DNA of 64,000 nucleotides from an uncultured Candidatus Saccharibacteria bacterium (GTDB lineage Bacteria > Patescibacteriota > Minisyncoccia > Phycocordibacterales > CAYSCM01). How positions within the stretch are numbered: the first letter of the stretch is position 1; every line of letters starts with the position of its first letter. Below, piece after piece: positions 26,367 to 34,663 of this stretch. Made by a program: the position numbers and the translations under genes. The notes below the pieces were generated by a model. That model saw only the letters and a list, made by a program, of their open reading frames with translations, did not search any database and had not been told where the DNA came from. The stretch covers positions 416,001 to 480,000 of the forward strand of contig CAYSCM010000001.1 in NCBI GenBank assembly GCA_964429815.1, read 5' to 3'.

Positions 26367-26923
26367 GAAAACTATTACTCACCATCGTGCTCCTTCTTGT
26401 AGCGGTTGTCATCGGTGGTGGAATCTACGTATTCCTCGTTTCGCGCAGCACCCAGCCGGCAAGCGTACAAAACGAAACGGGAACTTCGCCTTTTGGCAGC
26501 GGCGCAGGAGCTATTCCTTCTGGCGGCAGCGGGCAAGGAAATACCACGTCCAGCCAAACCTCGGAGCAATTCATCGTCCTGGGAGCTGACGGTAGCATGA
26601 TTTCGGTAGCTGACTTCCGCTCAGAGCCGGGAGTGCAAGAGCTTTCTGACGGGAGCTATCGGCTCGGTCCATTCACCGGAAGCTCGACGTATCAAATTCT
26701 CTACTATGCCGCCGACAAGAGCTTCACGGTGACTCTTCTCGAGGAGCCACTGGGAGCCACGAGAGAGAGCGCAGAGCAGTACCTCATGAATGCTCTCCAA
26801 ATCGGCAAACCCCAGATGTGCAGATTGCGCTATGGTGTCTACGTGCCCATCAAGATCAGCCAGTTCTATGCGGCCACCAATCTCGGATTTAGTTTCTGTC
26901 CTCGCGCGATAAAACTACCATGA
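26351..26923 (+). CDS. hypothetical membrane-anchored protein (N-terminal TM, extracellular domain)
   Basis: 190 aa. Overlaps both neighbours; an alternative ATG at 26363 forms an ATGA overlap, and its 3' end forms ATGA with the next gene. TM LLLTIVLLLVAVVIGGGIYVFLV. Confidence 0.45.
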   Translation: MPSYMRKLLLTIVLLLVAVVIGGGIYVFLVSRSTQPASVQNETGTSPFGSGAGAIPSGGSGQGNTTSSQTSEQFIVLGADGSMISVADFRSEPGVQELSDGSYRLGPFTGSSTYQILYYAADKSFTVTLLEEPLGATRESAEQYLMNALQIGKPQMCRLRYGVYVPIKISQFYAATNLGFSFCPRAIKLP

Positions 26924-27813
26924 TACGCACCGCCGCAATCGCGCTCATTCTCTTGTGCGTCTTTGTCGTGACACCCTTTGCGCACGCGCAGAGTTTTGCT
27001 GGTCCCATAGTCCCCGATTGTGGTGGTGGCCCGTGCCAAGCCTGCCACCTCGTAAAGCTTGCGGACAACCTCCTGCGTTTCGGCATCTATCTGGCGACCG
27101 TCATTGCGACTCTAATCCTTGTCTATGCGGGTATTCTCTACATCACCTCAGCGAGCAACCCCAGCAATATTTCGAAAGCACACAGTTTATTTGGGAATGT
27201 CATTCTCGGTTTTATCATCATACTCATCGCTTGGATCGTCGTTGCTACGCTGCTGCGGGTTTTTCTCGGACAGGGCAAAGCTCTTCCGTGGGAGCAGCTC
27301 ACCTGTAACGTCACGGCGAATCCTGGCCCGACACCCTCGACCACGCCTCCAGGACTAACCGTAGCACCCCTTGCAGCTCCGCCAGGGGAAGGACAGCTCA
27401 CTGATCCGCAGGCGCGCCTTTCAATTGCCGCCTATAATGAGTCTCATCCTGACGCGCAGGTGTTAACTTGTGGTGATACAGCTTCCTGCCCGGCAATTCG
27501 CGACCGCGTCCTGTACGGCGGTATTGATAACGGCCTTCTCCAAAATGTCCTTGATACTACCTCTGCGGCCAATAGGGGGAACACCATTGTTACCTCCGCG
27601 GCAAATGAGCGTACTTCAGCTTCCAATCACCCAAGCGGCAATGCAATTGATATATACGGCACAAGCGCTTTCAATGCCTATGTTCAAAGCTTTCCGGCGG
27701 TCCCAGGTCTTTCAAACACATACCAGGTCGGGAATTATCGATACTGGTGGGAGCCATCAGGCACGGCTAATTCAACAGGGGACCATTGGCATATCTCAAA
27801 GACCGGACGTTGA
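26920..27813 (+). CDS. pilin-like (TrbC/VirB2-type) N-terminus fused to a peptidase-M15-like (Zn D-Ala-D-Ala carboxypeptidase/cell-wall hydrolase) C-terminal domain
   Basis: N-terminus LLRFGIYLATVIATLILVYAGILYITS...NVILGFIIILIAWIVVATLLRVF parallels 25074. C-terminus carries SNHPSGNAIDIY and GDHWHIS, matching the M15 S-x-H-x-x-G-x-A-x-D and D-x-x-H zinc-ligand motifs. Confidence 0.5.
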   Translation: MIRTAAIALILLCVFVVTPFAHAQSFAGPIVPDCGGGPCQACHLVKLADNLLRFGIYLATVIATLILVYAGILYITSASNPSNISKAHSLFGNVILGFIIILIAWIVVATLLRVFLGQGKALPWEQLTCNVTANPGPTPSTTPPGLTVAPLAAPPGEGQLTDPQARLSIAAYNESHPDAQVLTCGDTASCPAIRDRVLYGGIDNGLLQNVLDTTSAANRGNTIVTSAANERTSASNHPSGNAIDIYGTSAFNAYVQSFPAVPGLSNTYQVGNYRYWWEPSGTANSTGDHWHISKTGR

Positions 27814-27873
27814 CGCCTTCCTCGCGGTCTTGTATATTCTCCTTCACAGGGCAAGGCCCTTATTTTAATTTTC

Positions 27874-28032
27874 ATGTCACAAGATAGGCTTCTCAGGCTC
27901 AATTGCAGCGTCTGTAAGAACACCAATTATTGGACGAGCAAAAATAAAAAACTTGTCGAGCGCAAACTCGAGTTTAAAAAGTATTGCAAATTCTGCCGCA
28001 AGCAGACTATCCACAAGGAGGCAAAGAAATAA
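27874..28032 (+). CDS. rpmG: 50S ribosomal protein L33
   Basis: 52 aa, absent from the ORF track. MSQDRLLRLNCSVCKNTNYWTSKNKKLVERKLEFKKYCKFCRKQTIHKEAKK has the L33 CxxC...C..C zinc-ribbon and KLE-KK-C pattern. Confidence 0.8.
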   Translation: MSQDRLLRLNCSVCKNTNYWTSKNKKLVERKLEFKKYCKFCRKQTIHKEAKK

Positions 28033-28034
28033 TC

Positions 28035-28067
28035 AAAACACCGCCCCCAGGGGCGGTGTTTTGATTT
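28035..28067. terminator. bidirectional intrinsic terminator after rpmG
   Basis: aaaacaccgcccc-cag-gggcggtgtttt. Confidence 0.7.
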
Positions 28068-28098
28068 GAGGAGGGGAGTAAGGTAATTTAGATACGTT

Positions 28099-28170
28099 GG
28101 GCCTATAGTTTAATTGGTAAAACAGCGGTCTCCAAAACCGCCATTCCCCGTTCAAGTCGGGGTGGGCCCG
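28099..28170 (+). tRNA. tRNA-Trp (anticodon CCA)
   Basis: Acceptor GGGCCUA/UGGGCCC, anticodon stem GCGGU/ACCGC with loop CUCCAAA, T-arm CCCCG-UUCAAGU-CGGGG. The classic rpmG-tRNA-Trp linkage. Confidence 0.85.
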
Positions 28171-29071
28171 CCTGGAATTTATACGAGAGCGCTTTCTTCG
28201 CGGACGAAAACCAACGTATGCCGTTGTCACGTTTCCACCACGTCATCTGTCGACGCGAGAACTGCCAAATGGCAGCCTCAAGCCGCGTGAGCATCTCCTC
28301 TTTGGATAGTTTCCCCTCAAGGTAGTCGGCGAGATAGCGATACTCAAGTCCAAGCTCACGCATGCGCTTCAAGCGGAGCCCCCTTCGTCGTAGGCGCTTC
28401 GCCTCAGCGACCATTCCCTCTCGTATACGGGCATGAAGACGTTTCGCAATGTTGGCTCGGAGTTGCGAGTCTTTTGGCCGTATCCCGATTGTTACTGCCT
28501 CGTAGCGTGGTTTCGGGAGCTCTGCGGTTTTTTCTGCTGCGAGTGCGACCTCGATGGCGCGAATGAGACGCACGGGATTTTGCTTGTCGATAGTGAGATA
28601 GCGACGCGGGGCGAGCTCTTTAAGGAGTGTTTTGAGTTCTGGGAGCGTCTTCTTTCTTAAATGATGTCTGAGAGCGGCGTCTGGCCGGACATTGGCAAGC
28701 TTTGTCTTACCGAGTGCGGCATCGATGTAAAACGCCGAGCCGCCGACCATGATGGGCAGTTTACCGCGCCGCGCTATATCCTCGATAGCGGCGCGGGCAG
28801 CGATAGCGAAATCATACGCAGTGAAGACCCGCTTAGGGTCAGCGATGTCGAGGAGGTGATGGCGGACACCTTTCATCTCACGTTTCGTAATTTTGCCCGT
28901 GCCAATCGTGAGACCGCGATATACCTGTCGAGAATCCGCGGAAATTATCTCGCCGTTAAGTTTTTTTGCCAGTCGCACACCCAGGCCGCTTTTCCCAGAG
29001 GCTGTGGGGCCGACTATAACGAGCACTTTTGTTCTTACGGACCTGTTTTTGTATACTTCTTTCGTACTCAT
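28103..29071 (-). CDS. miaA: tRNA dimethylallyltransferase
   Basis: VLVIVGPTASGKSGLGVRLAKKLNGEIISADSRQVYRGLTIGTGK and the RRQMTWWKRD C-terminal motif. The last about 22 codons overlap tRNA-Trp on the opposite strand. Confidence 0.85.
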   Translation of the reverse strand: MSTKEVYKNRSVRTKVLVIVGPTASGKSGLGVRLAKKLNGEIISADSRQVYRGLTIGTGKITKREMKGVRHHLLDIADPKRVFTAYDFAIAARAAIEDIARRGKLPIMVGGSAFYIDAALGKTKLANVRPDAALRHHLRKKTLPELKTLLKELAPRRYLTIDKQNPVRLIRAIEVALAAEKTAELPKPRYEAVTIGIRPKDSQLRANIAKRLHARIREGMVAEAKRLRRRGLRLKRMRELGLEYRYLADYLEGKLSKEEMLTRLEAAIWQFSRRQMTWWKRDNGIRWFSSAKKALSYKFQAGPPRLERGMAVLETAVLPIKL

Positions 29072-29084
29072 TAACTACATACTT

Positions 29085-29663
29085 ATGGAAACCATCACAC
29101 CGATCCACATCGGACAAAAAGTCCCAGATCTAGCCTTCAATGTCTACCACAATGATAAGGAGAAGAAAATGAGCCTCTCTGATTTCAAAGGGAAGTGGCT
29201 TATCCTCTTCTTCTATCCAAAGGACTTTACCTTCGTGTGCCCGACCGAGCTCGAAGAGATGGCCGGCCTTTATGATAAGTTCAAAAAAGAGGGGGCAGAG
29301 ATCGTCTCGGTCTCAACCGATACCGTGCAGGTGCATAAAGCCTGGCATGACACGTCCGAAGCTATCAAAACGATAACCTTTCCGATGGCTGCGGACCCAA
29401 CGCACGCCCTCACGCACACCTTCGGTGTCCATATCGAGGAGGAGGGTGTGGCACTACGCGGCTCATTCGTGGTTGACCCTGAGGGAGTGCTTCAGGCGCT
29501 TGAGATAAACCCCGATGGGGTAGGGCGTAATGCGAAGGAACTTTTGCGCAAGGTGCAGGCGCTCAAATTCGTCCGGGAGCACGGGGACAAAGTGTGTCCG
29601 GCGAGCTGGGAACCGGGGGACGAGACTCTTACTCCCGGAATGGACCTTGTCGGGAAAATATAG
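29085..29663 (+). CDS. peroxiredoxin (typical 2-Cys, AhpC/Prx1 family)
   Basis: FTFVCPTELEE (peroxidatic Cys) and KVCPASWEPG (resolving Cys). Start set to ATG 29085 (METITPIH); the track ORF start at 28893 overlaps the miaA start. Confidence 0.85.
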   Translation: METITPIHIGQKVPDLAFNVYHNDKEKKMSLSDFKGKWLILFFYPKDFTFVCPTELEEMAGLYDKFKKEGAEIVSVSTDTVQVHKAWHDTSEAIKTITFPMAADPTHALTHTFGVHIEEEGVALRGSFVVDPEGVLQALEINPDGVGRNAKELLRKVQALKFVREHGDKVCPASWEPGDETLTPGMDLVGKI

Positions 29664-29707
29664 CCGCTAGAGAAGTACCCTCTCCGGGTCTTCTGATCTA
29701 CTAACTC

Positions 29708-29741
29708 CATATTCTAGTTTTTTGCAAAAAACTAGAATATG
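29708..29741. promoter_or_regulatory. 34-bp perfect palindrome catattctagttttttgcaaaaaactagaatatg (operator-like; contains symmetric ATTCTA-N16-TAGAAT)
   Basis: Exact reverse-complement symmetry over 34 bp. Related copies at 49628-49657 and 49931-49960 flank an ArsR-family gene. Confidence 0.55.
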
Positions 29742-29770
29742 AGATTTCTATTATATATAGCGTCGCGGTC

Positions 29771-29808
29771 GGGGAATAAAAAGAAAAGCGGCGGCTCGTG
29801 AGAGCCGC
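29771..29808 (-). terminator. intrinsic terminator of 29816-30559 gene
   Basis: gcggcggctc-gtga-gagccgccgc, followed on the minus strand by UUUUCUUUUUAUU. Confidence 0.65.
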
Positions 29809-29815
29809 CGCGGCA

Positions 29816-30559
29816 TTACCGGCGGTACAAATCCGTGTACTTGGTGATTATCTCAAGGGGTGACTTTTCATACCTTGGGTGAAAGAGCATTCGTCCCAAA
29901 ATATGATTCACCACTCGACCGTCCATGAGTGCAATAAGTTCTTCGGGCGTGATGGTATGGATTTGGTCGTCCTCCGCGATCCACGTGACCCACGTCGGGC
30001 GAATAGCGGGGATCCAAAAGATAACCTTATCGAAGCGAGGCTTTTCGAGCAGTGTCGGCAGATCCCTTCCCGAACAAACAATGTCATTGATACCGGCGTT
30101 GACTGCCTCGGTCGCGAGGAGTTCCACCGCCTCAGCTCGTGTCTCGACCTTGTGAAGTCGTCTGGTCTCAACAAGGGGCTGCGTCGTCGGAACCGTGACT
30201 GCAATCAGGGTAAGGTCGTGAGCTTTGGCAAGTGCGGCTCGCATCATGTGCTGCCCACCGACGGCAGCGACCGTGAGGTACTTCGCTCCAGCAAAGCGCG
30301 CTTTTTCAACGCGCTCCACCACGTCACTGTCGGCGCCATATCCTTTGTCGTCAACGAACACTCCTAGTGGGTCGAGTGGTCTTGCCGAGTGGATCGCGTT
30401 GACACCTCCTTTTAGGTTATGAGAGCGAAAGGGTCCGTGGATCTTGATACCCCGAACATGTGGATTCCTCGCGAGTTCAACTGCGAGGTTTTCATGCGTG
30501 TCTGGGAGCGGATGACCCAATCGCTCGTCAAGCGCTGGCCAAATTCTGAGTTCCTGCAT
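29816..30559 (-). CDS. OMP-decarboxylase/HPS-like TIM-barrel family protein (possible orotidine 5'-phosphate decarboxylase)
   Basis: 247 aa with a weak family-level resemblance (KYLTVAAVGG, C-terminal NHILGRMLF). Not confidently assigned. Confidence 0.3.
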   Translation of the reverse strand: MQELRIWPALDERLGHPLPDTHENLAVELARNPHVRGIKIHGPFRSHNLKGGVNAIHSARPLDPLGVFVDDKGYGADSDVVERVEKARFAGAKYLTVAAVGGQHMMRAALAKAHDLTLIAVTVPTTQPLVETRRLHKVETRAEAVELLATEAVNAGINDIVCSGRDLPTLLEKPRFDKVIFWIPAIRPTWVTWIAEDDQIHTITPEELIALMDGRVVNHILGRMLFHPRYEKSPLEIITKYTDLYRR

Positions 30560-30625
30560 TTCTCACCTCAGATGAACAGAGAATCTCGCGGTATAGTACG
30601 CTCCAAGAAAGGAAATGCAAGTTTG

Positions 30626-30709
30626 TGCCGGGGGAGAGAATCGAACTCTCATGACCGTGAGGTCGCACGATTTTGAGTCGTGTGCGTCTACCAATTCCGC
30701 CACCCCGGC
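30626..30709 (-). tRNA. tRNA-Leu (anticodon CAA), type II
   Basis: Acceptor GCCGGGG/CCCCGGC, anticodon stem CACGA/UCGUG with loop CUCAAAA, variable arm CGACCUCACGGUCAU, T-arm GAGAG-UUCGAUU-CUCUC. Confidence 0.8.
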
Positions 30710-30810
30710 AATTGGCTCCAATCTACACCACGCTGGATATTAAAGAAAATTCTTGCCGGCAGCGATAAGTTCGTGTAGATTCGGCGTAGCAGCTCTTAAG
30801 GGAGATCAAG

Positions 30811-31620
30811 ATGTCAGAGTCACTCACTAAGCGGCTCCGATTCGTGGAGACGTTTCAACGTCAAGCTGAACGAGAAAGTGAGAGGGACGAGTTTCAAATC
30901 GGGCGCCTCAAAGAACAACAGAGGCGGCGCAAGGAACGTGTCTATCAAATCCTTCGTCGCCTGAAGAGCGATCTGTCGACTGGAAGAATCCCGGTTCACA
31001 ACCGATTTCTCGCGTACGCCGCGCAGACGACCCACGCCGAAGGTCTGCACAATATTCCCTATCATTCCGCAGCTCTGAAGGCTCTCCACGGCGACTTATT
31101 GAAAAAGGAAGGGGAGTTGGCACTGGTAGCCACACTCTACATGCCCGAGTACCGACCGAGCGTCATAGTGGGTGTAATTGCTGCCGGCGGGTTACTAATC
31201 GGAGTAAACTCGCGAGGCGATCGCACCTGCTTCATTGATACTTCAAAACTCTCTCTCTGCTTCGGCGAGGAGGCTCATGATATGCCGGACGGACCGATGG
31301 CGATTGATGTTCCCCTTAGTCCCAGGTGGAGCAAGGATGACGGTCCACGACCTGAAGCGGGGTTTAACTGGCACTTTAAATTTTTCTTGGAGAACCACTT
31401 TGGTTGGCCAAAGCGGCGTGGGATTAAGGCGTTCGTCGCCGAATTACGTCGGGTGTGGTCCGGAGAAGGGATGCCGGAGAAAGGGTCTCAGTACCTTCTT
31501 TTGGGAAATGACGCCATCCGTAAAGCACAATACTTACTACAGCGTAGTGGAGTTGATCTTGGTCAGGTCAAAAAACTTTTTGGAGTCGATCTGAGCAAAT
31601 CAATTTCGGCGGCAGCCTAA
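30811..31620 (+). CDS. hypothetical protein (269 aa)
   Basis: Good SD (taAGGGAGatcaag-ATG). Charged coiled N-terminus, central hydrophobic patch, no recognisable domain. Followed by a terminator. Confidence 0.5.
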   Translation: MSESLTKRLRFVETFQRQAERESERDEFQIGRLKEQQRRRKERVYQILRRLKSDLSTGRIPVHNRFLAYAAQTTHAEGLHNIPYHSAALKALHGDLLKKEGELALVATLYMPEYRPSVIVGVIAAGGLLIGVNSRGDRTCFIDTSKLSLCFGEEAHDMPDGPMAIDVPLSPRWSKDDGPRPEAGFNWHFKFFLENHFGWPKRRGIKAFVAELRRVWSGEGMPEKGSQYLLLGNDAIRKAQYLLQRSGVDLGQVKKLFGVDLSKSISAAA

Positions 31621-31630
31621 TTCACCTACA

Positions 31631-31659
31631 AGCCCAGTGCGCAAGCGCTGGGCTTTTTG
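31631..31659 (+). terminator. intrinsic terminator
   Basis: agcccag-tgcgcaagcgc-ctgggct, then ttttt. Immediately followed by tacaat and the parB ATG. Confidence 0.5.
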
Positions 31660-31672
31660 TTACAATATCGAA

Positions 31673-32590
31673 ATGACCCCCTACGTCGGAGACTCCATTT
31701 TTTGGGTCGAGCTCGATCGCATCAAGCCCAACCCCTACCAGCCGCGGCGAGAGTTCGACGAGGGGAAACTTTCCGACCTCGCTGAGTCGATACGGCAGTA
31801 CGGCGTGTTGCAGCCCATCGTCGTTACGCGCAAAGAGGTCCGCAAGGAGGACGGTGGCATCGTAAGCGAGTACGAGCTCATCGCTGGCGAGCGTAGGCTC
31901 CGCGCCAGCAGGCTTGCTGGCCTTTCCCAAATTCCGGCCATTATTCGCAACGAAGCGGAAAGTGATCGGATGAAGCTCGAGCTCGCCATCATCGAAAATT
32001 TGCAGCGCGAAGACCTCAATCCCATGGACCGCGCTCGCGCGTTCGAGCGCCTCGTGAAGGAATTCGGCTTCAAGCAATCACAGATCGCGGACAAGGTGGC
32101 CAAGAGCCGCGAATATGTCGCCAACACCGTCCGCCTCCTCATGCTTCCCGCGCATATGCAGCAAGCCCTCTCGGAGGGGAAAATGACCGAGGGTCACACG
32201 CGGCCGCTTCTCATGCTTATCGACCGTAAAGACGAGCAGGAGGTCCTTTTCAAGGAAATACTCCTCAAGAAGCTTACCGTGCGCGAGGCGGAGGGTATCG
32301 CACGCCGCATTGCGGTCGACCGCGTCCGCAAGCGCGAGCTAGAGCCGGAACTCATTGAGCTTGAAAAAGCCCTCACCGAGCGTCTTGGCACGCGCGTGAA
32401 GATAGAAAAAAAGGAAGTTGGCGGCAAGCTTGTTATCGACTACTTTGACGCCAAGGACCTCCAGAGCATCGCCGATACGCTTTCGGCTAAAACCAGTTCT
32501 TCCGGTGGGGCGGAACCCGAAGTTCCGATCAATGACAAGCCGGAAAACGAGGAGGACGGCCTCTACTCGATAAAAAACTTCAGCGTTTAG
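31673..32590 (+). CDS. parB: ParB/Spo0J-family partition protein (orphan, no parA adjacent)
   Basis: IKPNPYQPRREFDEGKLSDLAESIRQYGVLQPIVV and GERRLRA ParB box. Start set to ATG 31673, 7 nt after tacaat. Track ORF begins at 31637. Confidence 0.8.
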   Translation: MTPYVGDSIFWVELDRIKPNPYQPRREFDEGKLSDLAESIRQYGVLQPIVVTRKEVRKEDGGIVSEYELIAGERRLRASRLAGLSQIPAIIRNEAESDRMKLELAIIENLQREDLNPMDRARAFERLVKEFGFKQSQIADKVAKSREYVANTVRLLMLPAHMQQALSEGKMTEGHTRPLLMLIDRKDEQEVLFKEILLKKLTVREAEGIARRIAVDRVRKRELEPELIELEKALTERLGTRVKIEKKEVGGKLVIDYFDAKDLQSIADTLSAKTSSSGGAEPEVPINDKPENEEDGLYSIKNFSV

Positions 32591-34157
32591 TCGAGACCTT
32601 CCCGCCCGCGGCTTCTTTACGTGCGATGGCGGCACGGATATGCTTCTGCGCGAACGACGTTTTGGCGACGTCGAGCCATTTGGCGTTCGGATGGGCCGAT
32701 TCTTTTGTCATGATTTCGACAATGTCGCCGTTATGAAGAGGGGTGTCGATGGAGACAAGCTTGCCGTTCACCTTGGCACCTGTGAGGTGATCGCCGATGT
32801 CGGAGTGGATGGCGTAAGCAAAGTCGACGGGAGAGGCGCCGATGGGGAGGTCGACGACGTCACCCTTGGGGGTGAAAGCAAAAACGCGGTGGCTGAAAAA
32901 GTCGGTTTTGAGCTTATCCATGAATTCTTTTCCTTGACCTGCTTCGTCCACTCCAGCCAGGTCTTCGACCCATCGGGGCACGGTCGAGATGCTGTACTTC
33001 GTACGTGATGCATGAGGCAGGTCTTTTTTTGGGTTTGCTTTTGGAGTCACTGCGGTTTTGCGTGAGCCCACGAACGGGATAAGGCTCCGAAGCCAGTTGA
33101 TGCTTTGTCGCTCGATCGTCCCGCCCGGCCGCTCTTTGTAGAGAACGTGCGAGGCGATACCATACTCGGCCTCCTGATGCATTTTTTCGGTCCGTATCTG
33201 TATCTCGACAAGGGAGCCATCTCCGGTAAAAACCGTGGTATGGATAGATTGGTAGCCGTTCGGTTTCGGAAACGCGATATAGTCCTTGATCTTGTTTGGA
33301 AGCGGGCGAAAATTGGCGTGCACGATGCCGAGCACTTTGTAGCAATCCTCGACGGAGGGCACAACAATGCGCAGCGCAGCAAGATCGTATATCTTGTCGA
33401 CATCCCCATCCTTGCGCTCGAGCTTTCGGTAGAGGCTGTAGAGCCCTTTTATGCGGTAGTCTGTTTTGAAATTCGTGATGCCGCCCGACGCAAGTTTTTT
33501 CTTAAGGTCCTTGAGAACCTTCGCGAGCCGCTCGGTCGTTGGGGTCGCGCGCTCTTTGCGTAGCTTCTCCGTCTCCTCGTACTCTTTTGGTTGAACATAT
33601 TTAAACGAAAGATCCTCAAGCTCGCGACGGAGGAGTCCCATACCGAGCCGATGAGCGATAGGCGCGAATATCTCGAGGGTCTCAAGTGCTATACGCCGCT
33701 GTTTGTCGGAGGGCACATGCTCGAGCGTCTTCATGTTGTGGAGCCGGTCCATGAGCTTGATGAGGAGGACCCTGATGTCCTGTGAGGTCGCGACCATAAG
33801 GCGGCGCAAGCTCTCGGTATGGCGCTCTAGGCCGCGGTACTTGAGATGCCCAAGCTTGGTGACCCCGCGGATAAGGAACAATATTTCATCCCCGAACTCT
33901 TTCTCAATAGTCTCCTCGGTCACCCCGACGTCCTCGATGGTGTCGTGGAGGAGCCCTGCGGAGATGGTGCGTGGACCGAAGCCCAGTTCTGCGAGGCTTT
34001 TTGCGGTTTCGAAAAGGTGGTTGAAGTAAGGCTCCCCGGAGAAGCGCTTATGGTCCTTGTGGGCGTTTTCAGCAAACGAGTAAGCTTTTTCAACGAGTTT
34101 TATATCCTCGGCGGAGGGGTCGTGCATCAGGGATGTGATGTCTTTGACAGATGCCAT
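32580..34157 (-). CDS. rel: bifunctional (p)ppGpp synthetase/hydrolase (RelA/SpoT homolog)
   Basis: HD domain (LLHDTIEDVG), synthetase region (YRIKGLYSLYRKL...DLAALRIVV), TGS and C-terminal domains. Start set to ATG 34157; the track M at 34175 is a GTG. Confidence 0.88.
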   Translation of the reverse strand: MASVKDITSLMHDPSAEDIKLVEKAYSFAENAHKDHKRFSGEPYFNHLFETAKSLAELGFGPRTISAGLLHDTIEDVGVTEETIEKEFGDEILFLIRGVTKLGHLKYRGLERHTESLRRLMVATSQDIRVLLIKLMDRLHNMKTLEHVPSDKQRRIALETLEIFAPIAHRLGMGLLRRELEDLSFKYVQPKEYEETEKLRKERATPTTERLAKVLKDLKKKLASGGITNFKTDYRIKGLYSLYRKLERKDGDVDKIYDLAALRIVVPSVEDCYKVLGIVHANFRPLPNKIKDYIAFPKPNGYQSIHTTVFTGDGSLVEIQIRTEKMHQEAEYGIASHVLYKERPGGTIERQSINWLRSLIPFVGSRKTAVTPKANPKKDLPHASRTKYSISTVPRWVEDLAGVDEAGQGKEFMDKLKTDFFSHRVFAFTPKGDVVDLPIGASPVDFAYAIHSDIGDHLTGAKVNGKLVSIDTPLHNGDIVEIMTKESAHPNAKWLDVAKTSFAQKHIRAAIARKEAAGGKVSTKR

Positions 34158-34164
34158 GTTTTCT

Positions 34165-34199
34165 AGTATAGTCACTTTCGGAATTTAGGCAAAACAACC
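34165..34199 (-). promoter_or_regulatory. putative sigma70-type promoter of rel (TTGCCT-16-TATACT), leaderless configuration
   Basis: Minus strand reads TTGCCTaaattccgaaagtgacTATACTagaaaacAUG, so the -10 lies 7 nt before the AUG. Confidence 0.35.
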
Positions 34200-34214
34200 T
34201 TAAGGGAGGGCAGT

Positions 34215-34508
34215 ATGCCCCTATGTAAGACGAAGGGGATGAAAACGCCTTTCTCCGCGACGCCCCCCGAGGGCGAGAAGGACGGTGTGCATCCGGCGGA
34301 GCTTCCGGCCAACGCGAATCTCCCAATCGGTCAAACGAGTTTCTCGACCGACAAGGAGTCGATCGAGATAGCTGCACAACGCAGCCTCGTCGAGAACTCC
34401 GGGGGCATCTTCAATGCTCCGACGACCTGTTCATGCCGTCCGCCCAAATCGCGCGTCAGCAAGGACGGCGGCGGCCGCCCGGGGGATACGGAAGACCCCG
34501 AATGCTAA
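34215..34508 (+). CDS. hypothetical small low-complexity protein (97 aa)
   Basis: Consensus SD (tAAGGGAGGgcagt-ATG). Intrinsic terminator at 34527-34560. No domain recognised. Confidence 0.4.
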   Translation: MPLCKTKGMKTPFSATPPEGEKDGVHPAELPANANLPIGQTSFSTDKESIEIAAQRSLVENSGGIFNAPTTCSCRPPKSRVSKDGGGRPGDTEDPEC

Positions 34509-34526
34509 CTAATAAGCCTCGCACGA

Positions 34527-34560
34527 ACGACCGGTCCAAGGCGCCCGGTCGTTTTCTTTT
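34527..34560 (+). terminator. intrinsic terminator
   Basis: acgaccgg-tccaaggcgc-ccggtcgt, then tttcttttc. Confidence 0.65.
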
Positions 34561-34663
34561 CGTTCAAAGGGCCACTTCGAGCAAAATAAATCAATCCTTT
34601 TGCCGCCCCTTCGTATCGATCCCGTCGTCGCTTACTGTCCATACTTCCTCTCGCACGCTCCGA

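Noticed and set aside
29664-29707. Hairpin gaagtaccc-tctcc-gggtcttc as peroxiredoxin terminator
   Set aside because: Stem is imperfect (bulged T) and is not followed by a U-tract. The AT-rich 34-bp palindrome just downstream is the more likely termination or regulatory structure.
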